From: Octopus vulgaris
Taxonomy: Eukaryota
NCBI GenBank assembly: GCA_951406725.2
Contig: OX597823.1
Location: 70,990,001-71,054,000, forward strand
Length of the DNA: 64,000 bases
Direction: 5' to 3'
The notes under the pieces were generated by a model. The model was not told the origin of the DNA, ran no database searches, and was given only the letters and a program-made list of their open reading frames with translations. Below, piece after piece: positions 13,379 to 26,189 of the stretch. The position numbers and the translations under genes are program-made. The stretch's first letter is position 1. Every line of letters starts with the position of its first letter.

Positions 13379-14761
13379 TGTGTGTATGATATTTATGTAA
13401 TGCACAGCATGTATTAGAGAACTCAAGATAAATTTCTATCATACAACAGTTTTGAAGTTTTAAGCTGTGGAACTTGAAACAGATGCGAACACATCTTATT
13501 ATCTCTTCGTAAACACAAAAAAAATATAAGAAGATTAATCTGACACTTTACACAGCCTTCACGAGAAAACAGATACCGCTTCATTCATGTTGTTCACAAG
13601 AAGAGCTCATAGTAAATAACTATTGATATGAAACACAAACTAGAACTTAGCTGTAACGACTAGACTTATTTGACGAAGCACGTGTTTGTTTATTCATGCA
13701 CTTGCTGTTTGGAATCTCATTTTATTATACATTTCTTCAATGCTGCTGATTATATATTTAAAATAACCTTTGCCTTTTACTTTTCCACATACAGAACAGC
13801 TATATTTATGAAGTGTTATGTCTATTTTGATTATTATTATTCTACTCTTTTAATAAATAATAGAATATCACCAGTCATTCCTAGTTTACCATCTATTCTT
13901 TATTATATGGCTTTTCTATGCCTTCTTCTCAAAGTAAATATTCTCCGTCGTTTCGTATTTCCGTATGTTAGTTTTGTTTGTATTCTGTTTGTTTTAGCAA
14001 GTGTAAATCTTTAACGGTTTCACCTTTTAGCTATTTGATTTCAATTTCAATTAAATCTGTATTATGGTCTGAATTAATATCTGTCCACGAATATGATTTT
14101 GGAAGTTTCACTGAGTATTCAGCTTGTTGATTTACCAACGTTAGGCTATCTAATATCTTTTTATATCATCTAAACACTACCACACTTTTAATTTTCATTG
14201 TGTTTACCGGAATAAAATGTTTCTAAATTGTCTTACGGTTTTGAGGTTGGGAAATTTGCTGCGCAATCACACGAAATTGGTTTCAGTCACGCTGGACATC
14301 ACATTGGGCAAGTTTGTGCTACTAGAGACCCAGACAAAACAACTCTTTGAGAGTGAATTTTGGTAGACGCAGACTTTTGGAAGCATGTCGTATATATATA
14401 TATACAATAATATGTTACATTACATTACTCGAAGGTGCGGTCTATGCGACATAGAGAGATGGCTTATCTGGAAAAGCAGCTTAGACCCTACTACATGTCT
14501 AAACACAAGGACAGAACTTTTCGGATCATGCCCAAATATGACTAAATTTCTGTTACGTTTTTGGTCCCCTAAAGAAAACAGATAGAACATGCTTTCTATG
14601 TTATGTCCCAAGAAGATTTTATATATTTTTATATATTTTTTATGTATTTTTATATAATTTTTATGACGAAAAATGCGAGCGATGTATAAGTACGCAGGCA
14701 ACCAGAGTTATAACACAGTAATTTCCCTTTATATAACGGTATTTTTTCATAGCGTTTTCAA

Positions 14762-14837
14762 ATAGCCAGATAACCGAAGAGATGGTGTTGTGGATTTCCA
14801 CTTCGGCATCTGAAACTCAGAGTTTTATCTTGACTAT
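14762..14837 (+). ncRNA. Type I hammerhead-fold motif with variant CCGA core
   Basis: atagccagataa CCGAAGA gatg-(gtgttgtggatttccacttcgg)-catc t GAAA ctcagag TT ttatcttgactat. Stem I is agataa/ttatct and can be extended; stem II is gatg/catc; stem III is actc/gagt. Confidence 0.6.
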
Positions 14838-15016
14838 CGAGTAATGTAACATATTATTGTATAGATAAATTTCCTCTATTTACATAATATTGAGGTCTCT
14901 TTCTTTCTTTTGTTATCTTACCGTTTTACCAATATATATATATTTCAAAATATAACCACATATGAATGTTTGGCGATTTTCTTCCTCCGTCTCTCCTTCT
15001 ATTGGAGATTTCCATA

Positions 15017-15052
15017 GTTTCCGAAGAAGAGCGTCTGCCCGAAACGTTAAAC
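15017..15052 (+). ncRNA. Minimal hammerhead-fold motif with CCGA core (same family as 60444-60488)
   Basis: gttt CCGAAGA a gagc-gtct-gccc GAAA cgt TA aac. The downstream ctttc...ctgagcatctgctaata is shared with the 60.4 kb copy. Confidence 0.55.
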
Positions 15053-15159
15053 CATCTTTCTTTCGTTTTCTGAGCATCTGCTAATACATTAAATGCAGCA
15101 CGTTCTAGCGTTGTTGCTCTTTGTGTTTGTTCTTTTTGGGATTTACTATATATATATAT

Positions 15160-15213
<54 letters not shown>

Positions 15214-15470
15214 AACGTAGGTTAAAATTCTATCAATGGCCAGCATATTTAAAAATACCATTAAAGGTTAAATTTATAAACAATTTATATGTAAGGGCAA
15301 AAGAAAAAAATTTTAATGCCAAAATATGCCGAAAATAGACACAACGTCAATAACAATGTAATTTATCACTACAAGCACGCGTTTTGAAGAAAGCCGATAG
15401 AAATTTCTAAAAAATCCCGTTATTACCATATCGGACCCGATTTCAGAGTTAGTTCATAAGAACCTTCCCT

Positions 15471-17017
15471 GCAACTGGCAAACTTCCAAGAAAACTGAAG
15501 GAAGGTAAAATATGCCCTATTCATAAAGGAGGTAGCAGAGCGGAGGCCAAGAACTACATACCTATCTCTCTGACCTCACACATCAGCAAGATCATAGAAC
15601 GAATAGTCAGAAGGAAACTGATCACCTTCCTTGAAGAAAATGACTTGCTGCCTGACACCCAACATGGTTTCCGACCAGGAAGAAGCTGCTTAACTCAGTT
15701 CCTACAACACTATGACTGGGAGCTGAAACGACTGCTCAACTACTCAAATGTGGAAGTGATATATCTCGACTTTGCAAAGGCCTTTGATAAAGTCGATCAT
15801 GGAATGATATGTCACAAACTGCGTGATCTTAGCATAGTTGGAAAACTGGGAGAATGGCTACATGACTTTCTGAAAGATAGAAGTCAGGTGGTAGTAGCCA
15901 TTAAGACGCAAATAGTGAGCGGTGTTCCGCAGGGCACTGTTTTGGGACCACTATTGTTCATAATGGCCCTCTCAGACATGCCCTCAGCCACGCAGAGAGC
16001 CACGATCACAAGTTATGCAGATGATACAAAAGTTTCACAGGCAATACAGAACCCTGAAGACACTAAACGCCTGCAATGTGAGCTGGACAAAATATACAAG
16101 TGGGCTGAAAAGAATAGCATGCAGTTCAATGCTGAAAAGTTTCAAGCTTTATGCTATCAGCATGCAAAACTAAATGCAATACCCAATGAATACACTGGAC
16201 CCGGAGGAATTGCAATCCCAGAGGCACAATCAGTGCGTGACCTGGGTATTTACATGAGTGATGACGCAACCTTTCGTGTACATGTTGCTAAATTGGTAAT
16301 GAAATGTAGACGACTGGCCGGATGGATTCTTAGAACCTTTAGAACAAGAGACCAGGAAACCATGATGGTCCTCTGGAGAACACTTGTCCTAAGCCACTTT
16401 GACTATTGCTCTCAGCTATAGTCACCATCCAGTGTCAAGTTGATCAGAGAACTTGAGGCGATCCAACGTAGCTACGCGAAGAAGATAGTCTCTGTGCAGA
16501 ATATAAGCTACTGGGAAAGACTCAAGAGATTAAAACTCTATTCCTTGGAGCGTAGGCGAGAAAGATATGCCATAATATACATCTGAAAGATCCTGGAAGG
16601 ACTTGTCCCAAACTTTGGTATCGAGAGTTACACAAATGCCAGAACTGGGCGCCACTGCGTGGTGCCAAGGACTCCAAATTTGCCATCAAGATGTAGGACA
16701 AGATACTGTGATAGCCTGGGCTTCCTAGGTCCACAGCTCTTCAATATCCTCCCGAAGAACCTAAGAGACCTGCATGGGGTAGATGCAGATGTCTTTAAAA
16801 TGAAACTGGATCTCTTCTTGTCAGGTATCCCAGATGAACCAACTTCACGGCAGGAGGTGCAGATGAGGGCAGTTGCATCGAACTCTCTCATGCACCAAAT
16901 GGCAGCTGCTAAAAAGCATTCGTGAAGTAAAACGATGTAGCAACACCAAATGGCGGTGCCCCAGCATGGCCACAGCTCGTGAGCTGAAACTAGAATCAAT
17001 CAATAAATCAATCAATC
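15471..17017 (+). mobile_element. 5'-truncated CR1/L2-group LINE (RT pseudogene)
   Basis: RT motifs QHGFRPGRSCLTQ, YLDFAKAFDKVDH, SGVPQGTVLGPLLF and YADDTK (ORF 15645-16421). In-frame stops follow downstream, then a 3' stem-loop and an (AATC)n tail. Confidence 0.92.
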
Positions 17018-17060
17018 ATCAGTGATAAATGCGGCAAAGAAATAATTTCTTTGCCACATT

Positions 17061-17108
17061 TATCACTGATGAAGGGAAGGTTCTTATGAAATCGGGTCCA
17101 ATATGGTA
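17061..17108 (+). ncRNA. Damaged hammerhead (3' strand of stem II deleted), family of 4436-4493
   Basis: tatca CTGATGA agggaaggttcttat GAAA tcgggtccaa TA tggta. The mirror copy at 15424-15470 shows the missing segment. Confidence 0.55.
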
Positions 17109-18419
17109 ATAACGGGATTTTATAGAAATTTCTATCGGCTTTCTTCGAAACACGAGCTTGTAGTGATAAATAACATATTTATTGACGTTGGCATATTTTG
17201 GCATTAGAAATTTTTTCTTTTGCCCTTACTTATAAATTATATATATATAATAACGCATGGACAAAAGCACACGCATATGTAAACATTGAAATTCCACGAG
17301 TTTACAAAGGAAAACAATGCCAAACGTTTACAATCCTTGTTGACATTGTATAGGTCGCACAAAACCTGCGAAATTAAATTCCCTTGAAAAACAGGCAAAT
17401 GTTGGCCTGATGAAAACTATACGACATAAAACCCTACGTCAACTACGTTCCCGTCGAAACTATACTAACATGGAAAATGGATGATACACAAAGAAATCGA
17501 CTAACAGGTACATACACGCACACACATTTAGATATGTATATGTATATACATGTATGTGTGTATGTATACAGAATCGCAGGCAGTCCTAATGGCTCAGCTA
17601 GATATGCTCTGATGGTACGTGTATCTTCGTCTTATACAGCCAAGAATTCTTTCAACATTAAGGAAAGGAATCATCTGTGTGTTTTTTGTGTTATTACATG
17701 GAACAACTGTCAAGCAACCAGGTCCAATGGCCTGGCCTATGGGAAACACAACAATATCCGACCTGTCACGTGTATCATAAACGTGAACACGTCATACATT
17801 CCACTAGATGATTTCCGGTCACAAATGATTCAATTCGCATTCCAAATGAATTATTGACTGTCTCAAGTGTCTTCATCCAACAAGATTCCGTACAGAAACC
17901 ACTGCTAACTACTTATTTTGGCTCTTATAAAATAATTCATTCGAGAACCGAATATTTCATTACTTAAGTCAACAGATGTAATGAATCTTTTAGCATGGAT
18001 CGATTTTGGCAATCGTATTGGGATGACAAACAAATAACTCAAGAGAGAAGATTTATCACATGAATATATATCATGTTTCGTATACGCGTGATTTAGCAAG
18101 AACTATGAAAAAGATATTTTTTATGAACAGGCAACACTATTCACTTCTATCAAACAAGGTCCTCGGTAAAAATCACAAAACCAGGAAGAAAGACTATGCC
18201 TTTAGCCCAGAATTTGTGCAGTTTCTAAGTTGCAATCGCTGGTAACGTTAAATTTCTATTAATTCTTATTATAATTGCAAACCATCTAAAAAGTTATTAT
18301 CCTACTTTTATGATTCTTTCCTATTAGCTTCCATCGTGCACACTGCCATCCTGCATAGAGACACATAATTATGTTCAGAACCATTTCTCGCACGCGTGTG
18401 CACGCGCACACACATACTC

Positions 18420-18590
18420 ACTAGTCGCTTATATCGACCCCAGTTTTCAACTGGTACTGAATTTATCGACCCCGAAACGATGAAAGGCAAAGTTGACCTC
18501 AGCGGAATTTGAACCTAGAACGTAGCGAAGGGCGAAATACCACTAAGCATTTCGTCCAGCGAACTAACGATTCTCCAAGCTCGACGTCTT
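18420..18590 (-). mobile_element. SINE family B
   Basis: Reverse-strand match to the family B head and central domain, adjacent to (CTA)n/(AAT)n. Confidence 0.75.
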
Positions 18591-18592
18591 AA

Positions 18593-18658
<66 letters not shown>

Positions 18659-18678
18659 CACTACTACTACTACTAATG

Positions 18679-18735
<57 letters not shown>

Positions 18736-19339
18736 GTAATAACACATGCACACACATATTCACACGAACGCACACCCATACGAACGCACACTCACACACA
18801 TACACGAACACGCATTAAGCAATTCAACGACTATACGTGTTAGATGCTTTTTTTAAGGGATAGAAACGAAATTGAGTGCAAAAAGAAACTGACAACCTAA
18901 AATAAATTTTTGTCGGTTGTCCATTTTCTGACAGGTACTATGAATTTAATATAAGAAAGCACTATATTTTAAATCACACGATTGGTTCCAGCTGACAAAA
19001 TGAAAATATTGTTACTACTTTTTTCGGCTTGAAATTCAAGAATTCTACTGTACGATTTGTCTGTTTTAAACAATAAACTAAGCAAGAAATTCGGTCAATA
19101 TTGATCTTCGAGGAGAAAAAATGCCATCGGCTTTCACAGCAACGTTGGCACATATTTTTGATGACATTTTGCACACATACTCAAACTTGCCAAGATTTCT
19201 GTCGAGATAAAAGAATAAAATTAGTTACTTAGTTCGTTGTAAATACAGACAGATGTTATTACATATTAAATACCTAAATGTTAATATATATATATATATA
19301 TTTATATTTCATTTATTTATTGCTATTATTATTATCATT

Positions 19340-19416
<77 letters not shown>

Positions 19417-19429
19417 CATTATTATTATT

Positions 19430-19642
19430 AAGGCGCCGTGCTTGGAGAATCGTTAGTTCGCTGGACAAAATGCTTAGTGTATTTCGCCATTCGCTACGTT
19501 CTACATTCAAATTCCGCTGACGTCGATTTTGCCTTTCATCGTTTCGGGGTTGATAAATTAAGTACCAGTTGAAGACTGGGGTTGATGTAATCGACTAGTG
19601 CCCTCCCACCAAATTTGAGGCCCTGTGCCTTCAGTAGAAAGG
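19430..19642 (+). mobile_element. SINE family B, monomer, within (ATT)n
   Basis: aaggcgccgtgcttggagaatcgttag head and ccttcagtagaaagg end, with (ATT)n on both sides. Confidence 0.8.
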
Positions 19643-19719
19643 ATTATTATTATTATTATTATTAGTCATTGTTGTTATTATTATAATTATTATTATTATT
19701 ATTACAATATTATTATTAC

Positions 19720-19764
<45 letters not shown>

Positions 19765-19869
19765 GGAGTGAGAGAGCAGTGCATGCCATCAAAGTGACAC
19801 TGGGGTAAAATATACGAAGCCCAATATACCCATCATGACTACCCGTCTGATAAGGGTACACCAGGCACA

Positions 19870-19930
<61 letters not shown>

Positions 19931-19932
<2 letters not shown>

Positions 19933-21980
19933 ATAGTTTTATTTTTATAGCGTGCTTTCACTTGACTACGGAGCGCAGCTCTGTGTGCCTTGGGTATGTG
20001 CTGTGATTTGTTGTGATGCTCTGATGGTTATTGTATGGAAAGTGTTCTGCGTAGGATGTGTGCAGTGCCTTGTAGTGCAATTTTCTGTATGTTATATGTG
20101 TTTGTAAGTCCTGGTGTTTTTGTTATGTATTTGTTTGAATATTTTTATCATGCCTAATGCACCTACTATGATAGGAATTGTTTCTGTTTTTAGATTCCAC
20201 ATTCTGGTTACCTCTATTTCCAGATCTTTGTATTTTGAGAGTTTCTCCATTTCTTTTAGAGACACGTTGTCATCTGCCGGTATTGATACATCAATTAGAA
20301 AGAATTTTTTTCTTCATGATCTCTGACAACTATATCTGGTCTGTTGGCCTTAATTTCTCTATCTGTGTGTATCGGCATATCCCAGAGTATGGTTGCTTTC
20401 TCGTTTTCTGTGACCTTTTCTGGTGTGTACCTATACCATCTTTTTTCTGTTGCTATTCCATAATGTTGGCATAGCTTCCAGTGTATGTAGGTTCCAACTC
20501 TGTCATGTCTGTGAATATATTCCTTCTAAGCCAGGATTGGGCAGCCAGAGATAATATGATTTATTGTTTCTTGTCCATCTCTACATATTCTGCAGTTGTT
20601 ATATTTCTTTTCATTACATGTTTTTGGTGATTTCTGGTGGGGAGGCTTTGGTCTTGTGCTGCAATTAAAAATCCCTCTGTCTCTGCTTTGAGTCCTAAGC
20701 TTCTCAACCATTGCTGGGATTTTTCTTTGTCTATTTCTTTTGCATTTAGTTTAGTGCAGTTTTTACCATGAAGGGGCTTTTCTTGCCATCGTTTTATCAT
20801 GGTTCTTTGCTGTTCTAGTTTTAGTTTGGATTTCATTTGTTTTATAGCTTTTGTTGTTTCTTCTTCTTCTTCTTCTTCTTCTTCTTCTTCTTCTTCTTCT
20901 TCTTCTTCTTCTTCTTCTTCTTCTTCTTCTTCTTCTTCTTCTTCTTCTTCTTCTTCTTCTTCTTCTCATTTATTAGGTGGTATGATTTCTTGTTTGTATT
21001 TTTCAGCTTCCTTAAATACTGAGAACAATTTTTTGTTTTGCTCGTGTTTTGCCGCTATTTGTATCAGGTTTCCTTCCTTCTGAAGTAGATATTTTTGCAG
21101 TCCTATGGTGCTTATTTTATAGTAGTTTTCCAGCTGTATAAGGCCTCTAGCACCTTCTATACGTTGTATATATAGTCTTTCTATGTCAGATTTTGGGTGA
21201 TGCATCCTAGATCCCGTCATTATTTTTCTTGTTTTCCTATCTATTTTGGTCAGTTCATTTCGTGTCCAGTTAAGGATATTGTAGCTGTAACTTATAACTG
21301 GGACAGCTAAAGTGTAAATACCTATTATCTTGTTTTTAGCATTGAGCTCTGTTTTTAGTATTGATCTAACTCGTCTATAATATTCTTTTTTTATTTTCTC
21401 TTTCATTTGTGTGTGTTGTGTCTTATCTAGTTCATGGTTTCCTAAGCATTTGTAGGTTTGGCTTTGGTCTAATTCTTTTATTTCATTGGTTTTATCTAGT
21501 GTGATGTTGCTACTTTTAACTAGTTTTCTTCTTTTCAGGGTTACTTTGGCGCATTTTTCTAATCCAAATTTCCTATCTATTTCTTTGGTAAATCCATGAA
21601 CTGTCTTTAATAGTGTTTCCAGCTGTTTGTCATTTGCAGCGTATAGTTTTAGGTCATCCATATATAAAAGGTGGCTGATCGTTTTGCCGTAACATTTATA
21701 TCCGCATCCAGTTCTATTTAGCAAATCAGATAGAGGTGACAGTGCCAAGCAGAAAAGGAGCGGAGAGAGCGTGTCTCCCTGGAATATACCTCTTCTAATG
21801 GGGATGGCTTTGGTTTTCATGAGTCCCTCTTTTGTTTGGAGCTGTAGCATTGTTTGAGTGTCCTATGAATTTTATAATTGTTGGTGCTACTTTGTTAATG
21901 GCTAGTGTTTCGAGGATCCATGTGCGGGGGATGCTATCAAACGCCTTTTTGTAGTCGATCCAGGCCATACTGAGGCCTTA
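19931..21980 (-). mobile_element. 5'-truncated R4/Dong-like non-LTR retrotransposon (RT plus restriction-like endonuclease), copy 1
   Basis: Motifs WIDYKKAFDS, RGIFQGDTLSPLLF, LLYMDDLKLYA, HHPKSDIERLY, AQDQ, CRIC...ETINHIISGCP and the WDMPIHTDREIKANRPDIVV RLE motif. Both ends abut (TTA)n. Confidence 0.9.
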
Positions 21981-21997
21981 CTTCTCTATTATTATTC

Positions 21998-22035
<38 letters not shown>

Positions 22036-22041
22036 GTACTC

Positions 22042-22106
<65 letters not shown>

Positions 22107-22129
22107 GTAGTAGTAGTAGTAGTAGTAGT

Positions 22130-22710
22130 AAGGCATCGAGCTGGCAGAATCATTAGCGCGGTGAATGAAATGCTTAACGGTATTTCGTCTGCCGTTACGT
22201 TCTGAGTTCAAATTTCGCCGAAGTCGACTTTGCCTTTTATCTTTTCGGGGTCGACTAAATAAGTACCAGTTACGCACTGGGGTCGATATAATCGACTAAA
22301 TCCGTTTGTCTGTCCTTGTTTGTCCTCTCTGTGTTTGGCCCCTTGTGGGTAGTAAAGAAATAGGTATTTCCTCTGCCGTTACGTTATGAGTTCATATTCC
22401 GCCGAGGTCGACTTTGTTTTTTATCCTTTCAGGGTCGATAAACTAAGTACCAGTTACGCACTGGGATCGATATAATCGACTTAATCCGTGTGTCTGTCCT
22501 TGTTTGTCCTCTCTGTGTTTAGCCCTTTGTGGGTGGTAAAGAAATAGGTATTTCGCGCTTCGCTACGTTCTAGGTTCAAATTCCGTTGAAGTTGACTTTA
22601 CCGTTCATCCTTTCGGTGTCGATAAAATAAGTAGCAGTTGAACACTGAAATCGAAGTAATCGACTTATCCTCTCCCTCAAATTTGCTGCCTTTGTGGCAA
22701 AATTTGAAAC
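22130..22710 (+). mobile_element. SINE family B, three-unit form
   Basis: Body units start at 22179, 22363 and 22547 (184-bp period); (ATT)n/(AGT)n flanks. Confidence 0.85.
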
Positions 22711-22739
22711 CACTATTATTATTATTATTATTATTATTA

Positions 22740-25700
22740 TTTTTGGCATTTTGGGCATTTTGGGTCAGCTCCATTTTTCATCACATTGGCTTGGTAGTTC
22801 CGGGTTAATAAGCTTTGGTCTTGAGCAGCTAATATGAAACCTTCACTCTCTGCTTTTAGCTCTAAGCTTCGTAACCATTGGTGCGTGTGTTTCTGGTCGA
22901 CATCAGCTTGTTTGCTACGGGCCACATACTTGCCATGGAGAGGTTTCTGTTCCCATCTGCTAGCTAAATTTTCATGTGCTTTTGTCTTTGCAATTAATTT
23001 TATTTTCTTTGCACCTGCAGTTGGCGTATTTTCTTCAGCCTGATCAATCTGGTGGGTATCTAAGAGATCAGCAGCGAATTTTTTGCTCTCTTTGAGAATA
23101 GAGGGAAGTCTTTTCAGTCTTTCATGTTTTTCAACATGTTTTAGCATCCAATCGTTGGTTGCTTCAAGGTAATTGGCCAGTCCGATTGCGGTGGTTTTGT
23201 ATGTAAGTTCAAGCTGGATCAAACCTCGACCTCCCTGAGCTCTGGGAAGGTAAAGACGATCCACGTCTGCCTTTGGATGGTGCAAAGTATTACAAGTCGG
23301 TAGCTTGCGGATTTTTCTGTCAATTTTCATTATTTCACTAGTATTCCAGTTAAGCACATTGAAGCTATATAGAACAACTGGTACTGCTAAGGAATTTATG
23401 GCTAACACCTTATTATATGCATTCAGCTCAGACTTCAGAACTGCTCGAACTCTTCTATAACATTCTTTCCTAACCTCCTCTTTCATGCTTGCATGCTGGA
23501 TACCAGAGCCTTCATTTATTCCTAGGGTTTGTTCCTGCCCAAGTTCCTTTATTACTATTTCGGCATCTAATTCGATTTAGCTAGACTTTACCAATTTCCC
23601 TTTCTTAAAAGTGGCTTTGGCACACTTTTCAAGGCCAAACTCCATCCCGATATCATCACTGAATCCTTTCACAGTATGTAATAATCGTTCAAGCTTTTCA
23701 TCATCTTTGCCATATAGCTCTAAGTCATCCATATAAATTAGATGGCTTATTTTTCTGTTGTCAATTTTGTAGCCATATCCTGTTCTATTCAGTTCACTTG
23801 AGAGTGGTATTAGTGCTATGCAGAAAATTAGTGGTGAAAGTGAGTCACCTTGGAAAATTCCACAGTTTATGCTAATGTTGTTTGAGTGCAATACTCCATT
23901 AGAATGATATAATTGGAGCTTCGTGTTCCACAGTGACATATTATACTTTAAAAAATCTGAAATCACAGGAGAAATTTTGAAAATGTTCAGCGATTTCAGA
24001 ATCCACGAATGTGGTATGCTTTCAAAGGCATTTTTATAATCAATCCATGAAGAGCTGAGATTTCTGCGCTTGTTATGGCAGTTCTCAAGGATCATGCGTT
24101 TAATTAGGAGCTGATCTTTGCATCCGTATGAGCCTCGTCTGCATCCTTTTTGTTCAGTGGGGAAGATGTTATTCTCTTCCATAAACGTATATGTTTTCTT
24201 TACTAGAATAGATGTCAAAATCTTACAGGTAGTAGATAAACATGTCATAGGTCGGTAGTTTTTGGGGTCTTTCGTTTTGATATTTTGGGGAAGGAGGTAA
24301 GTAATACCATTTGCCATCCAATGTGGTGTTTTTTCCGGGTCTTTCATAACACTATTAAATAGTATTACTAACATTTTGTGTGCGGACGAGAGTGATGAGA
24401 GCCAGAAATTTGGTACTCTATCAATACCAGGGGATTTCCACTTATGAGCCTTCGCTAGTGCCCTCCTTAGGTCGGCGATTGAGATGTCTTCCCATACCTG
24501 TTTTTGTAGACTTTTGTAGTCATCTTGGGTGCGTTTGATCCACTCTGTATTTTCATTGTATGGTTTCTCATCACTCCAGATCCCCTTCCAAAAGTTTTCA
24601 ACTTCTTCCATTAGGGGTGGATTTTCAATGGTTATTTTTTCTTTCCCTATTTCCCTGTAAAATGATTTGGCATTGGATTTGAACATCTTATTTTGTTCGT
24701 AGAATTTGATTCTTTTCTCAAATCTGCGTATTCTCTGAGCTTTTGCTTTAAGTGTTTCTTTCGCTGACATTAGTTTTTCTCTTGTTGAGTGACCATATTT
24801 TCTCACAATCTTCCTGCCTTTTCTTGATCTTACATCATTTCCAGAGATTAGCTCAGTTAATATTGATATCTCCCTTCGCAATGATTCAATTTCAGTTTCA
24901 ATTCTACTCCTCCTGTTTGATTTTCTTTTCGAATTTGGTATTGTTGGCTTTTTGGGTGTTAAACAGCGTCTTTCGATTACCTTAGCGACAGAGTAAATAA
25001 TTTAATTTAATTTATTAAGATCGGGTTTTAGTTGTATGATTTCCTGTGTAACGCAGTTGCCAATTTTTATTTGTGTTTTATGTTGGTGTGCATTTGAGAG
25101 TTTATGAAGTGGTTCCCTATCATTCATAGTTGTATGGCCTACAACTGCAAGCTCATTCAGAACTTCTTGCTTCATTTCAATGATAGATTTTCTGTGTTGT
25201 TCAACAAACATGAGGTCTTCAAATTCTGTTTCGACATCATTTTCCGGGCTGTTTTTTCTAGAGTCATTATATTTTCCTTCTTCTTCAGGATCTTGAGTCG
25301 TTTCGGCAGGTGGTCGCCTTTCAGTCAATGCTTGTGGCCCAACATTCCTCTCCTCACCTTCGTTATTTCTTTCCTGACATCTGTGAGTCGAGTATTTCTG
25401 AAGATATCTCTTCTAACATTTGCTAATCTGTTTTCATCTAGGTTTGGTCTGCTAGCTGGATTCCGGCTCTTCCAAATTCTGTAGGAGTTTGCGGTGTGTT
25501 TTTCTTGGGTTGGCCTATTTAATGCAAAGTAATAAGCATATATTACTTCTTTATATTCTTCCCGGTTCCATTTAATTCTTTTACTTTTTTGATTTTCTGG
25601 TCGTTGTGGTGGTGAACTTTGGGGGTTTAATTTGGGACAAATCCTGTTTAAGTGACCTTCCAGGTTCGTATTCGGGGAAGATATTCTGCCATTTGAAAAT

Positions 25701-25800
25701 TCTTCGCCATCAGGCTGGCAGCCACCTGGCGGGCGCGCTTTCTTTATAACCATTGAACAAGCGATTCGGTGTACTGTTAGAAATTTTCTTTTCAAGTAAA
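22740..25800 (-). mobile_element. R4/Dong-like non-LTR retrotransposon, copy 2 (different subfamily, 3' end missing)
   Basis: Broken ORF (25325-25795, 25002-25328, 23577-24881, 22737-23486) with N-terminal RIKWNREEYKEVIYAYY, WKSPGIDRV, NYRPMTCL, EQKGCRRGSYGCKDQL, GIFQGDSLSP and YMDDL. It stops at the start of the CCHC finger, next to (TTA)n. Confidence 0.9.
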
Positions 25801-26048
25801 GTTAAATTATCATTAAGTTTTCATTAAAAAAATAAATAGAAATAAATAAATAAATAAATAAATAAAAAATAAATAAATAAAAGATTTAACCACTAATAAT
25901 AATAATAATAGTAGTATTAGTAGTAGTAGCAGTAGTAGTAGTCGTAGCAGTAGTAGTAGTAGTGGTAGTGGTAGTAGTAGTAGTGGTAGTGGTAGTGGTA
26001 GTAGTAGCAGTAGTAGTAGTAGTAATAGTAATAGTAATAGTAATAGTA

Positions 26049-26104
<56 letters not shown>

Positions 26105-26189
26105 TATGATGATGATGATGATAATGATGTTTAGCAGAAACAACAGAGTGACTTATCAGACTTTGTTAAGTATTTCATGCACGAAACCC

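Noticed and set aside
17405-17470. CTGATGA...GAAAc on the plus strand
   Set aside because: No stem II adjoins the core and there is no convincing stem I or III.
22179-22710. Regularly spaced repeats resembling a CRISPR array
   Set aside because: The units are whole 184-bp SINE bodies with no unique spacers, there are no cas genes, and the context is eukaryotic.
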